Part shown: in pieces, positions 7,476 to 16,662 of the stretch
Numbering within the stretch: the stretch's first letter is position 1
Layout of the letters: each line of letters opens with the position of its first letter
NCBI GenBank assembly: GCA_035482415.1
Contig: DATHQT010000057.1
Coordinates: forward strand, 105,944 to 169,943
Direction of reading: 5' to 3'
DNA from: Acidobacteriaceae bacterium
Lineage (GTDB): Bacteria; Acidobacteriota; Terriglobia; Terriglobales; Acidobacteriaceae
Length of the DNA: 64,000 nt
Program-made: the position numbers and the translations under genes
The notes under the pieces: model-generated
Database searches by the model: none
What the model was told of the DNA's origin: nothing
Seen by the model: only the letters and a program-made list of their open reading frames with translations

Positions 7476-9107
7476 TTGGAACTGACAGTTGAAGCGGCGC
7501 CGGAGAGGCCTTGCGAAGACAGCGACGCAAGCGCGGTGGCCCCTACGCCTAGATGCACGACGGCTCACCCATCGTCGGCATCGCAAGTCGCGCGCTACTT
7601 AATCTTTACTCTCTGTGCCGCCATCTATCTGCTGCCGTTCATGCGCCTTGTGTTTGTTGGCGACGAGGGAACGCTTATCGTTGGCGCAGTGAGGATATTG
7701 CACGGTGAGGTCTTTGCCCGTGACTTCTTTGAGGTGATTGGACCGGGCACCTTTTACTCGCTTGCTGCAATGTTCAAGCTGTTTGGCGCAACCTTTTTCG
7801 TGGTTCGCATGTGGCTTTTCTTAACTTCCCTCGGGACGCTTCTAGCGATGTATTTTCTGTCGCGGAGGGTGTCCGCTCGATACCAGACTCTTCCTGCGAT
7901 CCTATTGGTCGGTGTTTACTTCAGCACGTTGTGGCCTATGGTGAATCACCATGTGGACAGCAATTGTTTTGCGCTGTGGTCGGTCGTTTGTATGGTCCTG
8001 TGGCAGGATCTGCGCAAGACGGTTCTGTTGTTCGCGGCCGGCGCTCTGGCTGGAGTGACAACCTGCATCCTGCAGCCTAAGGGGCTCCTCCTGCTGCTGG
8101 CGTTTTGCGTATGGCTTTGGGTGCAGCAGCGACGAACGTCAGCGTTGCCGCGATCGATAGCCCTGGTCGTCGGTGGTTCCTTGTGCGTGGTGGGATGTAC
8201 CATGCTCTACTTCTGGAGCCAGGGTGCCCTGTGGGATCTGATCTACATGAACTTCGTGTGGCCCAACCATAACTACGGTTCGTTGAATGCCATACCGTAT
8301 GGGCGAGGTATCTTCCTGTTTTGGAACCATTGGGCTTTTCCGATCCACGGAGTCCGATGGCTCATCCCACTGGCGATCATCCTGACATTTCCATTCGTTC
8401 TGGTGGCCGCGCTTCCTGCACTCGTTCCCATCCTCGGCATTGCCCACGGCAAAGGAAATCTGCGGCCTGTGATTCTGTTGTACTGGCTTTGCGCGTGGGC
8501 ATTCTGGTTATCCGAGATTCACCGACGCGATCTAGCTCATCTCATATCGGGATCGCCCTTGCTGCTTATTTTGTGCGCTTACTTTTTACTTGAATATCGA
8601 GGAAAGGTTGCAACGTTGCTCTTACAGCTTCTTGCGATTAGTGCGGTTGGGTTGGCTACCGTCAACCTGTTCATGGTGCTCTCCGCGAAGGGTACGCCCA
8701 CCAGGGCTGGCACGGTGACGATGTTCGAGCCAAATGCGGCGATTGCTTTTATCGATAGTCATATAGCGCGCGGGACAGAGATATTCGTGTATCCATACGG
8801 CCCCATGTATTATTTCCTAACCGCCACCACGAATCCCACGCGCTACAGTCTTCTGCTCTATAACTACAACACTCCCTCCCAGTTTCAAGACGCCATTCAA
8901 GTCCTCGATCAGCACAGGGTAAGGTATGTGTTGTGGGATACAACCTTCGAGAGGAAGGCTGCCCCTTATTTCTCTTCTGAGATGGACCATCCTGCTGGCG
9001 GGTTGCGGATGGAGCCCTATCTTGAATCACACTATAAGGTCGTGCAGGATTTCGATGGCGTGCGGATCATGGAACGCAAAGAGGACGATCGTGCCGCCAA
9101 GCGCTAA
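7476..9107 (+). CDS. Polytopic GT-C fold glycosyltransferase (ArnT/PMT, GT39/GT83-like)
   Basis: About 11-13 predicted TM helices. An Asp-Glu pair sits in the first loop (VFVGDEGTLIVGAVRIL). A C-terminal soluble domain of about 120 aa follows. Positioned directly after a GtrB-like GT2. TTG start as in the ORF track. The family call rests on architecture only. Confidence 0.6.
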   Translation: MELTVEAAPERPCEDSDASAVAPTPRCTTAHPSSASQVARYLIFTLCAAIYLLPFMRLVFVGDEGTLIVGAVRILHGEVFARDFFEVIGPGTFYSLAAMFKLFGATFFVVRMWLFLTSLGTLLAMYFLSRRVSARYQTLPAILLVGVYFSTLWPMVNHHVDSNCFALWSVVCMVLWQDLRKTVLLFAAGALAGVTTCILQPKGLLLLLAFCVWLWVQQRRTSALPRSIALVVGGSLCVVGCTMLYFWSQGALWDLIYMNFVWPNHNYGSLNAIPYGRGIFLFWNHWAFPIHGVRWLIPLAIILTFPFVLVAALPALVPILGIAHGKGNLRPVILLYWLCAWAFWLSEIHRRDLAHLISGSPLLLILCAYFLLEYRGKVATLLLQLLAISAVGLATVNLFMVLSAKGTPTRAGTVTMFEPNAAIAFIDSHIARGTEIFVYPYGPMYYFLTATTNPTRYSLLLYNYNTPSQFQDAIQVLDQHRVRYVLWDTTFERKAAPYFSSEMDHPAGGLRMEPYLESHYKVVQDFDGVRIMERKEDDRAAKR

Positions 9108-9241
9108 CGCCTCTCCGGAATTTTATCCATAGGCGTCCGCTTATGCTGACCTGCTCGAGGATCTCCTTCGAAACTCTGCGCGGAGTTGATGAATTCGTTA
9201 TGAAGGTGCGTGCCCAACTCTGACGGTACTGTTCCCGATGG

Positions 9242-9751
9242 CTAGGTTTTTGGCCATTGATTGAACATCTTTGTGACGGCCTTCTGCACCAGCTGCTGAT
9301 TCTTGCCACCGTTGTTGCTGAGGGAGTTCTGGCCGATTCCACGCCAGACCAGGCTCTGGGTTTTTGCGTCGTAAAGATCGACGATCAACGTTCCCTCAAC
9401 ATTTTGCTGCGGGGTAATCGTGCCCATGCCTCCGCCGAATCCCCGCATACCCATTGCGGTGTAAGAGGTTTGCTGCTGCATTCCGCCATTGGCGGTAACG
9501 ATCAGGTCTGGATTCTGATTTTCCGCGACCTTCTGCAGCCCTTTTCCTTGCAGCGCCGCGTCGACATTTTGCACTGCCACCTGTGCCAGAATTGAATTCT
9601 TGATTTGGTTAGCGTTATTGGATCCCCATGCGTAGGTGTGATACGCGGCAAAACTCTGACTGTGGTTGTAATTGACCGAGACCGTTTGGCCAACCGCAAA
9701 CGTGGCCGTCATGCAAAGCAAAATTGCGCACCATACAGATTTGATCTTCAT
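9242..9751 (-). CDS. Secreted DUF4136-like protein
   Basis: Signal peptide MKIKSVWCAILLCMTATFAVGQ. Motifs YHTYAWGS and GTLIVDLYDAKTQSLVWRG are typical of DUF4136. GAGGAGG RBS. Confidence 0.6.
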   Translation of the reverse strand: MKIKSVWCAILLCMTATFAVGQTVSVNYNHSQSFAAYHTYAWGSNNANQIKNSILAQVAVQNVDAALQGKGLQKVAENQNPDLIVTANGGMQQQTSYTAMGMRGFGGGMGTITPQQNVEGTLIVDLYDAKTQSLVWRGIGQNSLSNNGGKNQQLVQKAVTKMFNQWPKT

Positions 9752-10020
9752 GAAACGTCCTCCTCTTGAAATCCGATTGCTTGCTCATACCTTCACAACT
9801 GATTGAAGCCGGTATCATCCTGCAGATGACCAAGACAAGCGTTACTCGTTCTATCCCCGAAACGGCTCAGCCCAGGCGAAGCTAGGGACGTTGCATGTGC
9901 CTCCGATGGCGCTGGAGACCATTGGGTTGTGCAGCGTAGTGATCCTTGGCCTGGGCGCGGAGTGAGTCGCGCAGAAGTTACGCTCCGGGCCGTCCGGGTC
10001 CTTGCACGGCTATTCCTTCG

Positions 10021-10770
10021 TTAGCCGCCCATCATCTGGTAATTCGAGTTTGTCGTCGTCACGACGAGTTGTTTGGCGGTTGCGTTCAGAACACTCTGTT
10101 GGACATAGTTCGTCCCGTCGGGAAGGCTACCCATTTGAACCTGCAACGTGACCGCGTCTTTCGCTTGACCCATGTAGGTTTGGACACTCAATGAGATGAC
10201 CTGCTTGGTCGCGGGGTTGAAGGTGATCGTCATCTGGTCGCCGGGCTGCGCATAGTTTTTGAAGACTAAGTTCACCAAGCCACCGCTGGGATTCAAATAG
10301 GCATTGCCTGCCGCATACGCTTGCTGCATTTTTTGAGGGTCGGGTGGAACGTAGAGAGTGAGAAGATTCTTCACGTCTCCCATATAGTCCTGCATCTCTG
10401 CTTTTTTGTTCGCGACGACCCTTTGCTTCAATCTGCCACCGCTGGGCGGCGGTGGAGGTGGAGTGATGAGAGCCTTCTGAACCTGTCCGCCGGGGCCGTA
10501 TTGACATAGGTTTTGAGACGGAGGTTTTGGATCACCTTTCAAGGTAAGCTGCGTTGTCTCTGTCCATTGATATCTCTGCAACCTCATCTTGTTTGCTGCC
10601 ATTGATTGCTGGACAGCTGCAAGCTTCTGTTGCAGTTCAGCACTTTGAGCAATCAGGGGAAGGGCAAGTGTAAATGCGATGGAAGAGGTGATGATCCAGC
10701 GTGTAGGAGCGGACCTGATCGATTTGCCGCTGCGCTTCTTGCAGAGTTGAAAGACGCTTCTCAAATTCAT
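10021..10770 (-). CDS. Secreted hypothetical protein
   Basis: Signal-like N-terminus (IITSSIAFTLALPLIAQSA) and a PPPPPPSGG tract. I recognise no family. Confidence 0.5.
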   Translation of the reverse strand: MNLRSVFQLCKKRSGKSIRSAPTRWIITSSIAFTLALPLIAQSAELQQKLAAVQQSMAANKMRLQRYQWTETTQLTLKGDPKPPSQNLCQYGPGGQVQKALITPPPPPPSGGRLKQRVVANKKAEMQDYMGDVKNLLTLYVPPDPQKMQQAYAAGNAYLNPSGGLVNLVFKNYAQPGDQMTITFNPATKQVISLSVQTYMGQAKDAVTLQVQMGSLPDGTNYVQQSVLNATAKQLVVTTTNSNYQMMGG

Positions 10771-11270
10771 GAATTTCCCTCAATTTACTTGATCGGGTGA
10801 ATGTTCGATGGCAAATCGTGCACGTCGCTCTCGCCGGTAGAACTATGCATGCCAAGGGAACTTGGAGGAGCATGCGGGGAAAGTCGAGTTGAGCATAGAC
10901 CTCTTCTGCTGCGTCGGGAACTGTTAATACTGACAGGGACGCCGAATGCATGGGTTGCGTGGCCATCTGCATTCGGAATCAATACACTCTCGGAATTTTG
11001 TTGATCGGATGGATCAGGCGTCCGCACAAAACGGAGCTTGAGATTGTGCGTGAGTTACCGCGTACCAGGCTACTGATCCGTATCCGTTGTAGACGATATC
11101 GTCGGGCAGGATTGAGCGTGTCTGCCTGATGGACAGGGCCGTTCCTGCTCAGAAATTCGAATAAGGCTGGTAGTTTTGCCAGTTGGCATTTGATAGTTGC
11201 GTGGGCAGAATCAGACTACCTCATGAAGGATTTGACCTGCTCAGCAGCATTGCAGTGCAAAATTCCTGGA

Positions 11271-11312
11271 CCTGCAAAGACTGACCTGCGAAGACTGACC
11301 TGCGAAGGCTGG
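11271..11312. repeat. 14-bp tandem repeat x3 (CCTGCRAAGRCTGR)
   Basis: cctgcaaagactga / cctgcgaagactga / cctgcgaaggctgg, read directly. It lies inside an 830-bp stretch with no convincing ORF, about 290 bp upstream of the OmpA-family gene. Confidence 0.8.
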
Positions 11313-11602
11313 AAAAACGGAATGACGAACTTCCAATCAGGATCGATTGCCGAATTGCAATCACTGAAATTTCGCCAGGAGTTAGAGCTCCCATCGCTTC
11401 GTACTCGTGCCGTTGTTTCGCAAGAGACTCCGTGGTGCAAAAGACGAAGGTACTACCGAAGTTGAAGGATCTCGACGAACAGCAAATGGTTATGGTAATC
11501 ACACGCCGGACACGCAAGACGAACACCTAGCAAATGTTCTACAGCGATCAGGAAATAGTAGCTCGCTAACTTTCACATTGTTTTCTACAGGGAGGACTTC
11601 TC

Positions 11603-13720
11603 ATGAGTATTCACAGAAAGATCTTCGGCGGTGACATCGCTGCAACGATCGGCCTGCTACTTTTCACCACCGCAACTGCGGTAGTCCAGGCTCAGATCAA
11701 AACCCAGGTTCAGGATCAAAATCAGGTCAACGCCCAGGCAGAGACTGCTAGGCCTGCCGGAACCAGCGTAGTGGCGGCCGTTCGACCAGACCTGTTTTTC
11801 GCTCCATCCTCGGCCGTGAGCTCCAGCTCTGACGCAACGGCGCTGCCGAATGCGCCGATGCCGTGGCAGGACCAGATGCCCCCGGTGCAAGCGTACCCCA
11901 CAGGACTTAACGCTAGCGACAACTGGCGCGTCGGGATTAGTCTCTACGGTTGGTTCGCCGGATTGCACGGAACCGTTGGAGCTTTTGGCCACAATGCTGG
12001 CATTCATGTCCCTTTCTCCGATCTCTTTCATGCCCTGGTATTTGAAGTGCCGATCGCCGTCGAGGCAGATAAGGGCCGCTTCGTGATGCCGATAGATTTC
12101 TTATGGATGAAGTTCGGTATCGATAATGCAGTTCCAGAGAATGATTTTGAGCAGTTGTACATTAACACTCGCCTTACGCAGTCGATCCTAACGCCGAAGA
12201 TCGGGTACAGGCTGATTGATGCGGATCACTTCAAATTCGACGTCCTTGGCGGCCTGCGCTACTGGTACGTGAGCGTCAACAACACGTTATATCCGTCGGC
12301 CGCCAGCTATGGACGATCGGTCAACATTGTCGACGGCCTGGGCGGCGGGCGGATGATACTGCCCTTCAGCGAAAAGGCGGCCATCACTATCGCCGGTGAC
12401 GCCGGTGCAGGCTCATCGACGCTGGACTATCAGCTCCTGGGCTTGCTGAATGTGAACTTCAACCCCAGGTTCGGAATGGCCCTTGGCTGGCGTTATTTGT
12501 ACGAGAACTACCGGCCTACGACGGATGAGTTCGTCTATAACCCGACGATTAGTGGTGTGATTGCGGGTCTGAACTTCAATCTTGGCGGCAAGCCACCCAT
12601 TCCTCCGACGGCTTCATGCTCGGTTTCCCCTGCGGAAGTCTATGCGGGCGATCCGGTTACCGCGACTGCGACTCCCGTGGGTCTGAATCCAAAATTGAGC
12701 GTGGTGTATACGTGGACGGGCGATGGCGTTACCGGCAGTGGACCGACGGCTAGCATCAACACAACTCCTATGAATCCTGGGACCTATCCCGTGAGAGGCG
12801 AGGTGAAGGAAGGGAAGCCGGGCAAGGAAGGGGAGAAGCCCTGGCAGGTTGCCAGCTGCTCGACCTCGTATACCGTCAAGCCATTCCAGGCACCAACTAT
12901 AACCTGCTCGGCGAATCCAACGGATCTCAATCCAGGTGATTCGGCGACCGTTACAGCGCAAGGTGTGAGCCCGCAGAACCGGCCGTTGACCTACAACTAC
13001 CAGGCTTCCAGCGGCAGCATTACCGGGAGTGGCGCCACGGCCACGTACTCTTCGGCGGGTGCTTCCCCAGGTCCGGTGCAGATCAGTTGCGGCGTCACGG
13101 ATGACAAAGGCCAAGTTGCCACGGCCAGTGTTACTGTCAACATTCAGGCGCCGCCTCCGCCGGCACCTGAGGTTGAGGCCCGTCTGGTATTGCACAGTGT
13201 GTACTTCCCGACCGCTCAGCCGACCGCGCTACATCCCGATCGCGGCCTGGTCGACAGCCAGAAGGCCACTCTCACGGCGCTCGCAACCGACTTCAAGGTA
13301 TATCTGCAGCAGAAACCGGATGCGCGTCTCACTCTGACCGGTCACGCGGATCCGCGTGGAACTCCGGCATACAACCTGAAGCTCTCCGAACGTCGTGTTG
13401 CTCGTGCCGCGGCTTACCTCGTGGAGCAGGGTGTTCCCGCTTCGAGCATTGATATCAAAGCAGAGGGTGAGGAGAAGCAGCTCAGCAAGGAAGAAGTCAA
13501 GGATCTGATCCAGACCAATCCTGACCTGACTGACGAACAGAGGACGAAGCTGCTGCGCAACCTGAACGTGATTGTTCTGGCTCAGAACCGCCGCGTTGAC
13601 ATCAGGCTGAATGGATCGGATGAGAAATCTACGCGTCATTATCCATTCAATGCTGTTGATTCCTCGACGCTTCTCGATGTTCAGAAGCCGGTTCACAAGG
13701 CCGCGCCCAGGAAGAGGTAG
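11603..13720 (+). CDS. OmpA-family outer-membrane protein: N-terminal barrel-like region, two Ig-like repeats, C-terminal OmpA domain
   Basis: Signal peptide. C-terminal OmpA_C motifs: LTLTGHADPRGTPAYNLKLSERRVARAAAYLVEQGV...NRRVDIRL. Two internal repeats begin SCSVSPAEVYAGDPVTATA and TCSANPTDLNPGDSATVTA. Confidence 0.8.
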   Translation: MSIHRKIFGGDIAATIGLLLFTTATAVVQAQIKTQVQDQNQVNAQAETARPAGTSVVAAVRPDLFFAPSSAVSSSSDATALPNAPMPWQDQMPPVQAYPTGLNASDNWRVGISLYGWFAGLHGTVGAFGHNAGIHVPFSDLFHALVFEVPIAVEADKGRFVMPIDFLWMKFGIDNAVPENDFEQLYINTRLTQSILTPKIGYRLIDADHFKFDVLGGLRYWYVSVNNTLYPSAASYGRSVNIVDGLGGGRMILPFSEKAAITIAGDAGAGSSTLDYQLLGLLNVNFNPRFGMALGWRYLYENYRPTTDEFVYNPTISGVIAGLNFNLGGKPPIPPTASCSVSPAEVYAGDPVTATATPVGLNPKLSVVYTWTGDGVTGSGPTASINTTPMNPGTYPVRGEVKEGKPGKEGEKPWQVASCSTSYTVKPFQAPTITCSANPTDLNPGDSATVTAQGVSPQNRPLTYNYQASSGSITGSGATATYSSAGASPGPVQISCGVTDDKGQVATASVTVNIQAPPPPAPEVEARLVLHSVYFPTAQPTALHPDRGLVDSQKATLTALATDFKVYLQQKPDARLTLTGHADPRGTPAYNLKLSERRVARAAAYLVEQGVPASSIDIKAEGEEKQLSKEEVKDLIQTNPDLTDEQRTKLLRNLNVIVLAQNRRVDIRLNGSDEKSTRHYPFNAVDSSTLLDVQKPVHKAAPRKR

Positions 13721-13811
13721 GCGTCAGGGTCTTCTCTCTGTTCTTGAAACGAAGGTGCTAACCGGCCCTTTCAGCAGGAAACAGCGAACTTGTGAAGTTC
13801 ATCGAAAGTCT

Positions 13812-13847
13812 CCGGAACAGGTCGCCCAGGCCTGTTCCGGAGTTTAT
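13812..13847 (+). terminator. Stem-loop / probable terminator after the OmpA-family gene
   Basis: Perfect 10-bp stem CCGGAACAGG / CCTGTTCCGG (13812-13821 / 13831-13840) with a 9-nt loop, followed by AGTTTAT. The T-tract is weak. Confidence 0.45.
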
Positions 13848-14087
13848 AGCAAGAAGGTAGAACCAAGAGCATCCACGCTCCAGCCGGGTTCCGAAGACGC
13901 CGGTGAGGCTAGTAGTTCTGACAGTTCACGCTTCAATCTTGACGGTGCATGATTGCATATGCACTGAGAGGATTAGCGGGCGCGCGACTCTAAGCAGCGC
14001 TCACCGTGCTAGTCGCAGAAGTTGATCCGTTGGAAGAGCTGGCGCACGTAAATAGGCTGTTTGATTCGTTCCAACTGCTCGCCTTTG

Positions 14088-15407
14088 ATGGCTAGGGGAA
14101 GAAGGACTGCTGTGACCTTCCGGTTTGCACTGAATATCAAGGACCGTCATGGGGTCTGGGCCCATCGGCAGGAATCCGATAGGTTAGAGGACGCCGCGTC
14201 GCAGTGGATCTCTCGGTTGGCTCGCTTTTGTCTCGTCTTGTTGCTGTTTTTAGTGGTTTGCGACTCGGGACATCTCTACGCGCAAAACAATAGCCAACAA
14301 AACAACCCATTGAACACTACGGCAGCTCTTAACAACACTCCCAACGACAAGGAGAGCAAGAAAGATAAGAAGGGCAAGAAGCCCAGGAAGAAGCTTCTCC
14401 CGGGCTCTTTTGTTGTCGCGCCGATTCCAATCGTTAGTCCGGCAATTGGTGATGGGATTATCCCCGTAGTTGGCTATATCTTCCCGTTTAACAAGAATGA
14501 CAAGATTTCTCCACCTTCTACCGTTGGCGTTGGCGGATTGATCACGGATAACGGTTCGCGCGCCTATTTTCTAGGTGGCCAATTATTTTTTGACAAGAAC
14601 AAGTATGAGGTCACGACCGGCTACGCTCACGGCAATATAAATTACAACATTTATGGAGCTGGATTTGTGAATGGTCCACAGGATCTGAAGCTTCCCCTGG
14701 TACAAACCGGGGAAGTATTTTTTGCCGAGGCGTTACGTCGCTTCTGGTGGCAGATATTTATAGGGCCTCGACTCACAGTAGGAAGCTCGTTCATTACGGT
14801 AGGAACGATAAACAACCCCAACATCCCTCCGATTCCGCCCGATGTAGGTCTTCACACGAACTTGCGTGCTCTGGGGGTGAGGACCGTGCGCGACACGCGT
14901 GCCAACCATTTTTTCCCGACCGGAGGATCGAAAGTTGAGTTCACTGCCGACTTTTACGCGCAGGCGCTGGGGAGCAAACAGACATTTCAACAGTACAAAT
15001 TGCATTTTGACAAATACATGACTGTGCACAAGAACCAGGTCCTGGCGGTGGATGGATATGTCTGCAATGTAGCGGGCGACGCGCCTTTCTACCAGAAATG
15101 CATCTACGGAGCGAGCAACGAGCTGCGTGGATATACGGCGGGCACCTATTTCGATCGACACATGTTCACAGCCCAGGCAGAGTATCGTCTATCGCTGCCA
15201 AAACGGATTGGCCTGGCGGCATTCGGGGGTCTCGGTTACGTGCGTCCTGGAGACAGTGAATTCTTCACTACCAGTCATTTCCTGCCGGACATTGGGGGCG
15301 GTCCACGATTCGAGTTGAGCAAACAATACCACGTGAACCTACGCGCCGATTTTGCACGAGGCGTAGGCAGTTGGACCTGGAGCATGGGTATTGGTGAGGC
15401 CTTTTGA
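14088..15407 (+). CDS. Outer-membrane beta-barrel protein (Omp85/bacterial surface antigen-like, no obvious POTRA)
   Basis: Hydrophobic signal LARFCLVLLLFLVVCDSGHLYAQ, a Lys-rich tract (KESKKDKKGKKPRKK), alternating beta-strand patterns, and a C-terminal aromatic residue (...MGIGEAF). The start is uncertain: the ORF track gives TTG 14061, and ATG 14088 is used here. Confidence 0.5.
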   Translation: MARGRRTAVTFRFALNIKDRHGVWAHRQESDRLEDAASQWISRLARFCLVLLLFLVVCDSGHLYAQNNSQQNNPLNTTAALNNTPNDKESKKDKKGKKPRKKLLPGSFVVAPIPIVSPAIGDGIIPVVGYIFPFNKNDKISPPSTVGVGGLITDNGSRAYFLGGQLFFDKNKYEVTTGYAHGNINYNIYGAGFVNGPQDLKLPLVQTGEVFFAEALRRFWWQIFIGPRLTVGSSFITVGTINNPNIPPIPPDVGLHTNLRALGVRTVRDTRANHFFPTGGSKVEFTADFYAQALGSKQTFQQYKLHFDKYMTVHKNQVLAVDGYVCNVAGDAPFYQKCIYGASNELRGYTAGTYFDRHMFTAQAEYRLSLPKRIGLAAFGGLGYVRPGDSEFFTTSHFLPDIGGGPRFELSKQYHVNLRADFARGVGSWTWSMGIGEAF

Positions 15408-15493
15408 AGGAGCCCGGGCCGTTTATTTCATTCCACAAATGAATGTTGTCGTTGTATTTCTTTCGTCGCGTGGCAGCCGTTCGGAGGCTAAGG

Positions 15494-16249
15494 ATGAATT
15501 CGGACCACGTAAGCCTGATGGCCCTCGTAGTTATCTTCGGGGGAGGGATCCTGGGTATCGTGCTGCGCCGCGTGTTGCCTCGAGAGCACTTCGTTCCTGC
15601 GTCGGAAACCGTGATCAAGCTGGTGACTGGCTTTGTGATGACCATGACTGGAATCATCCTCGGAATGCTCGTATCTTCCGCCAAGGCATCCTACGATGGG
15701 CAGAAACTCCTGGTCGCTCAGATAGCATCCGATGTAATTCTTCTGGACCGCGCCATGGCGGTGTATGGTTCAGAGACCGATACGATCCGCATCGACATAC
15801 GTGAGGCACTCGAAGCCGCTGAGGATCGCGTGTGGCCTGCTAGGGCATCCGCACAGGTGACGTTGCATCCCGAGGACAAGATGGATCTCGTTGAAGCAGA
15901 ATTGAATGCGCTGGAGCCGAAAACGAGCCGTCAAGCGTATGCCAAAACGCATTCGATGACCGTACTCAACGATTTGGAGCGATCCAATTGGCTGCTCTTT
16001 GTTCAGTCGGATACCAACAAGCTCTCGGTGCCACTGCTGGTCATCCTGGTCTCGTGGATCGTGGCGATTTTTATCAGCTTTGGCCTTTACGCGCCACCTA
16101 ATCCCACGGTGATCGTGACCATACTCGTGGGTGCCTTTGCAGTCTCGGCGGCCATCTTCATCATTGTTGAGATGTATTCGCCGTTCAGCGGCATGATGAG
16201 GATCTCGTCCGACCCGATTCGTGAAGCAATTGCCCAGGTCGGCCATTGA
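15494..16249 (+). CDS. Membrane protein, DUF4239 (bestrophin-like) candidate
   Basis: Two N-terminal and two C-terminal TM helices flank a soluble helical region. The C-terminus is IFIIVEMYSPFSGMMRISSDPI. GGAGG (15483-15487) sits 6 nt before ATG 15494, and the track ORF starts upstream at 15443. The family call is from memory of the C-terminal pattern. Confidence 0.45.
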   Translation: MNSDHVSLMALVVIFGGGILGIVLRRVLPREHFVPASETVIKLVTGFVMTMTGIILGMLVSSAKASYDGQKLLVAQIASDVILLDRAMAVYGSETDTIRIDIREALEAAEDRVWPARASAQVTLHPEDKMDLVEAELNALEPKTSRQAYAKTHSMTVLNDLERSNWLLFVQSDTNKLSVPLLVILVSWIVAIFISFGLYAPPNPTVIVTILVGAFAVSAAIFIIVEMYSPFSGMMRISSDPIREAIAQVGH

Positions 16250-16662
16250 AATTGGCTTCTTCGGGTCACGGTGTCACACATCGCAGCGCCGATATTACAG
16301 CCTGCTGGTGGCGGAGTTTTGACCCACTCCTTGCTGCTGTCACATTTGACAGTTCCCAACGTCGAAGCGGCGAACTACGCTGCTTGCCAGAATGAATTAA
16401 TTCTCCGCTGGGCGTAACGGATTCATCACCCTCCATAAATCGGTAACGCGGATACGACACACCCAGCGTTTACGGCAATGAAGAAAGGCTATCCAGTGTC
16501 GTGGCGAGAGAACTCTGATTCGCCATTGTGCAAACTGGAACTCCTGGCAGCGGAGATCGAAGTGGAAGCTGTCATGTGATTGTTCAACCTCTCACACCGA
16601 AGTCGGGTGTGATTTCCGCGCCTATACCGGCGAATTCAACATAACCCGAAAAGGAGTAAGAC

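Noticed and set aside
10637-10972. 111-aa minus-strand ORF containing CTICH (a CxxCH-like motif)
   Set aside because: It overlaps the start of the better-supported 10021..10770 gene in another frame, has no RBS, and looks compositionally random. The motif is probably coincidental.
11184-11200. TGGCAT...TTGC in the long intergenic spacer
   Set aside because: The GG-to-GC spacing is 2 nt too long for a functional sigma-54 promoter.
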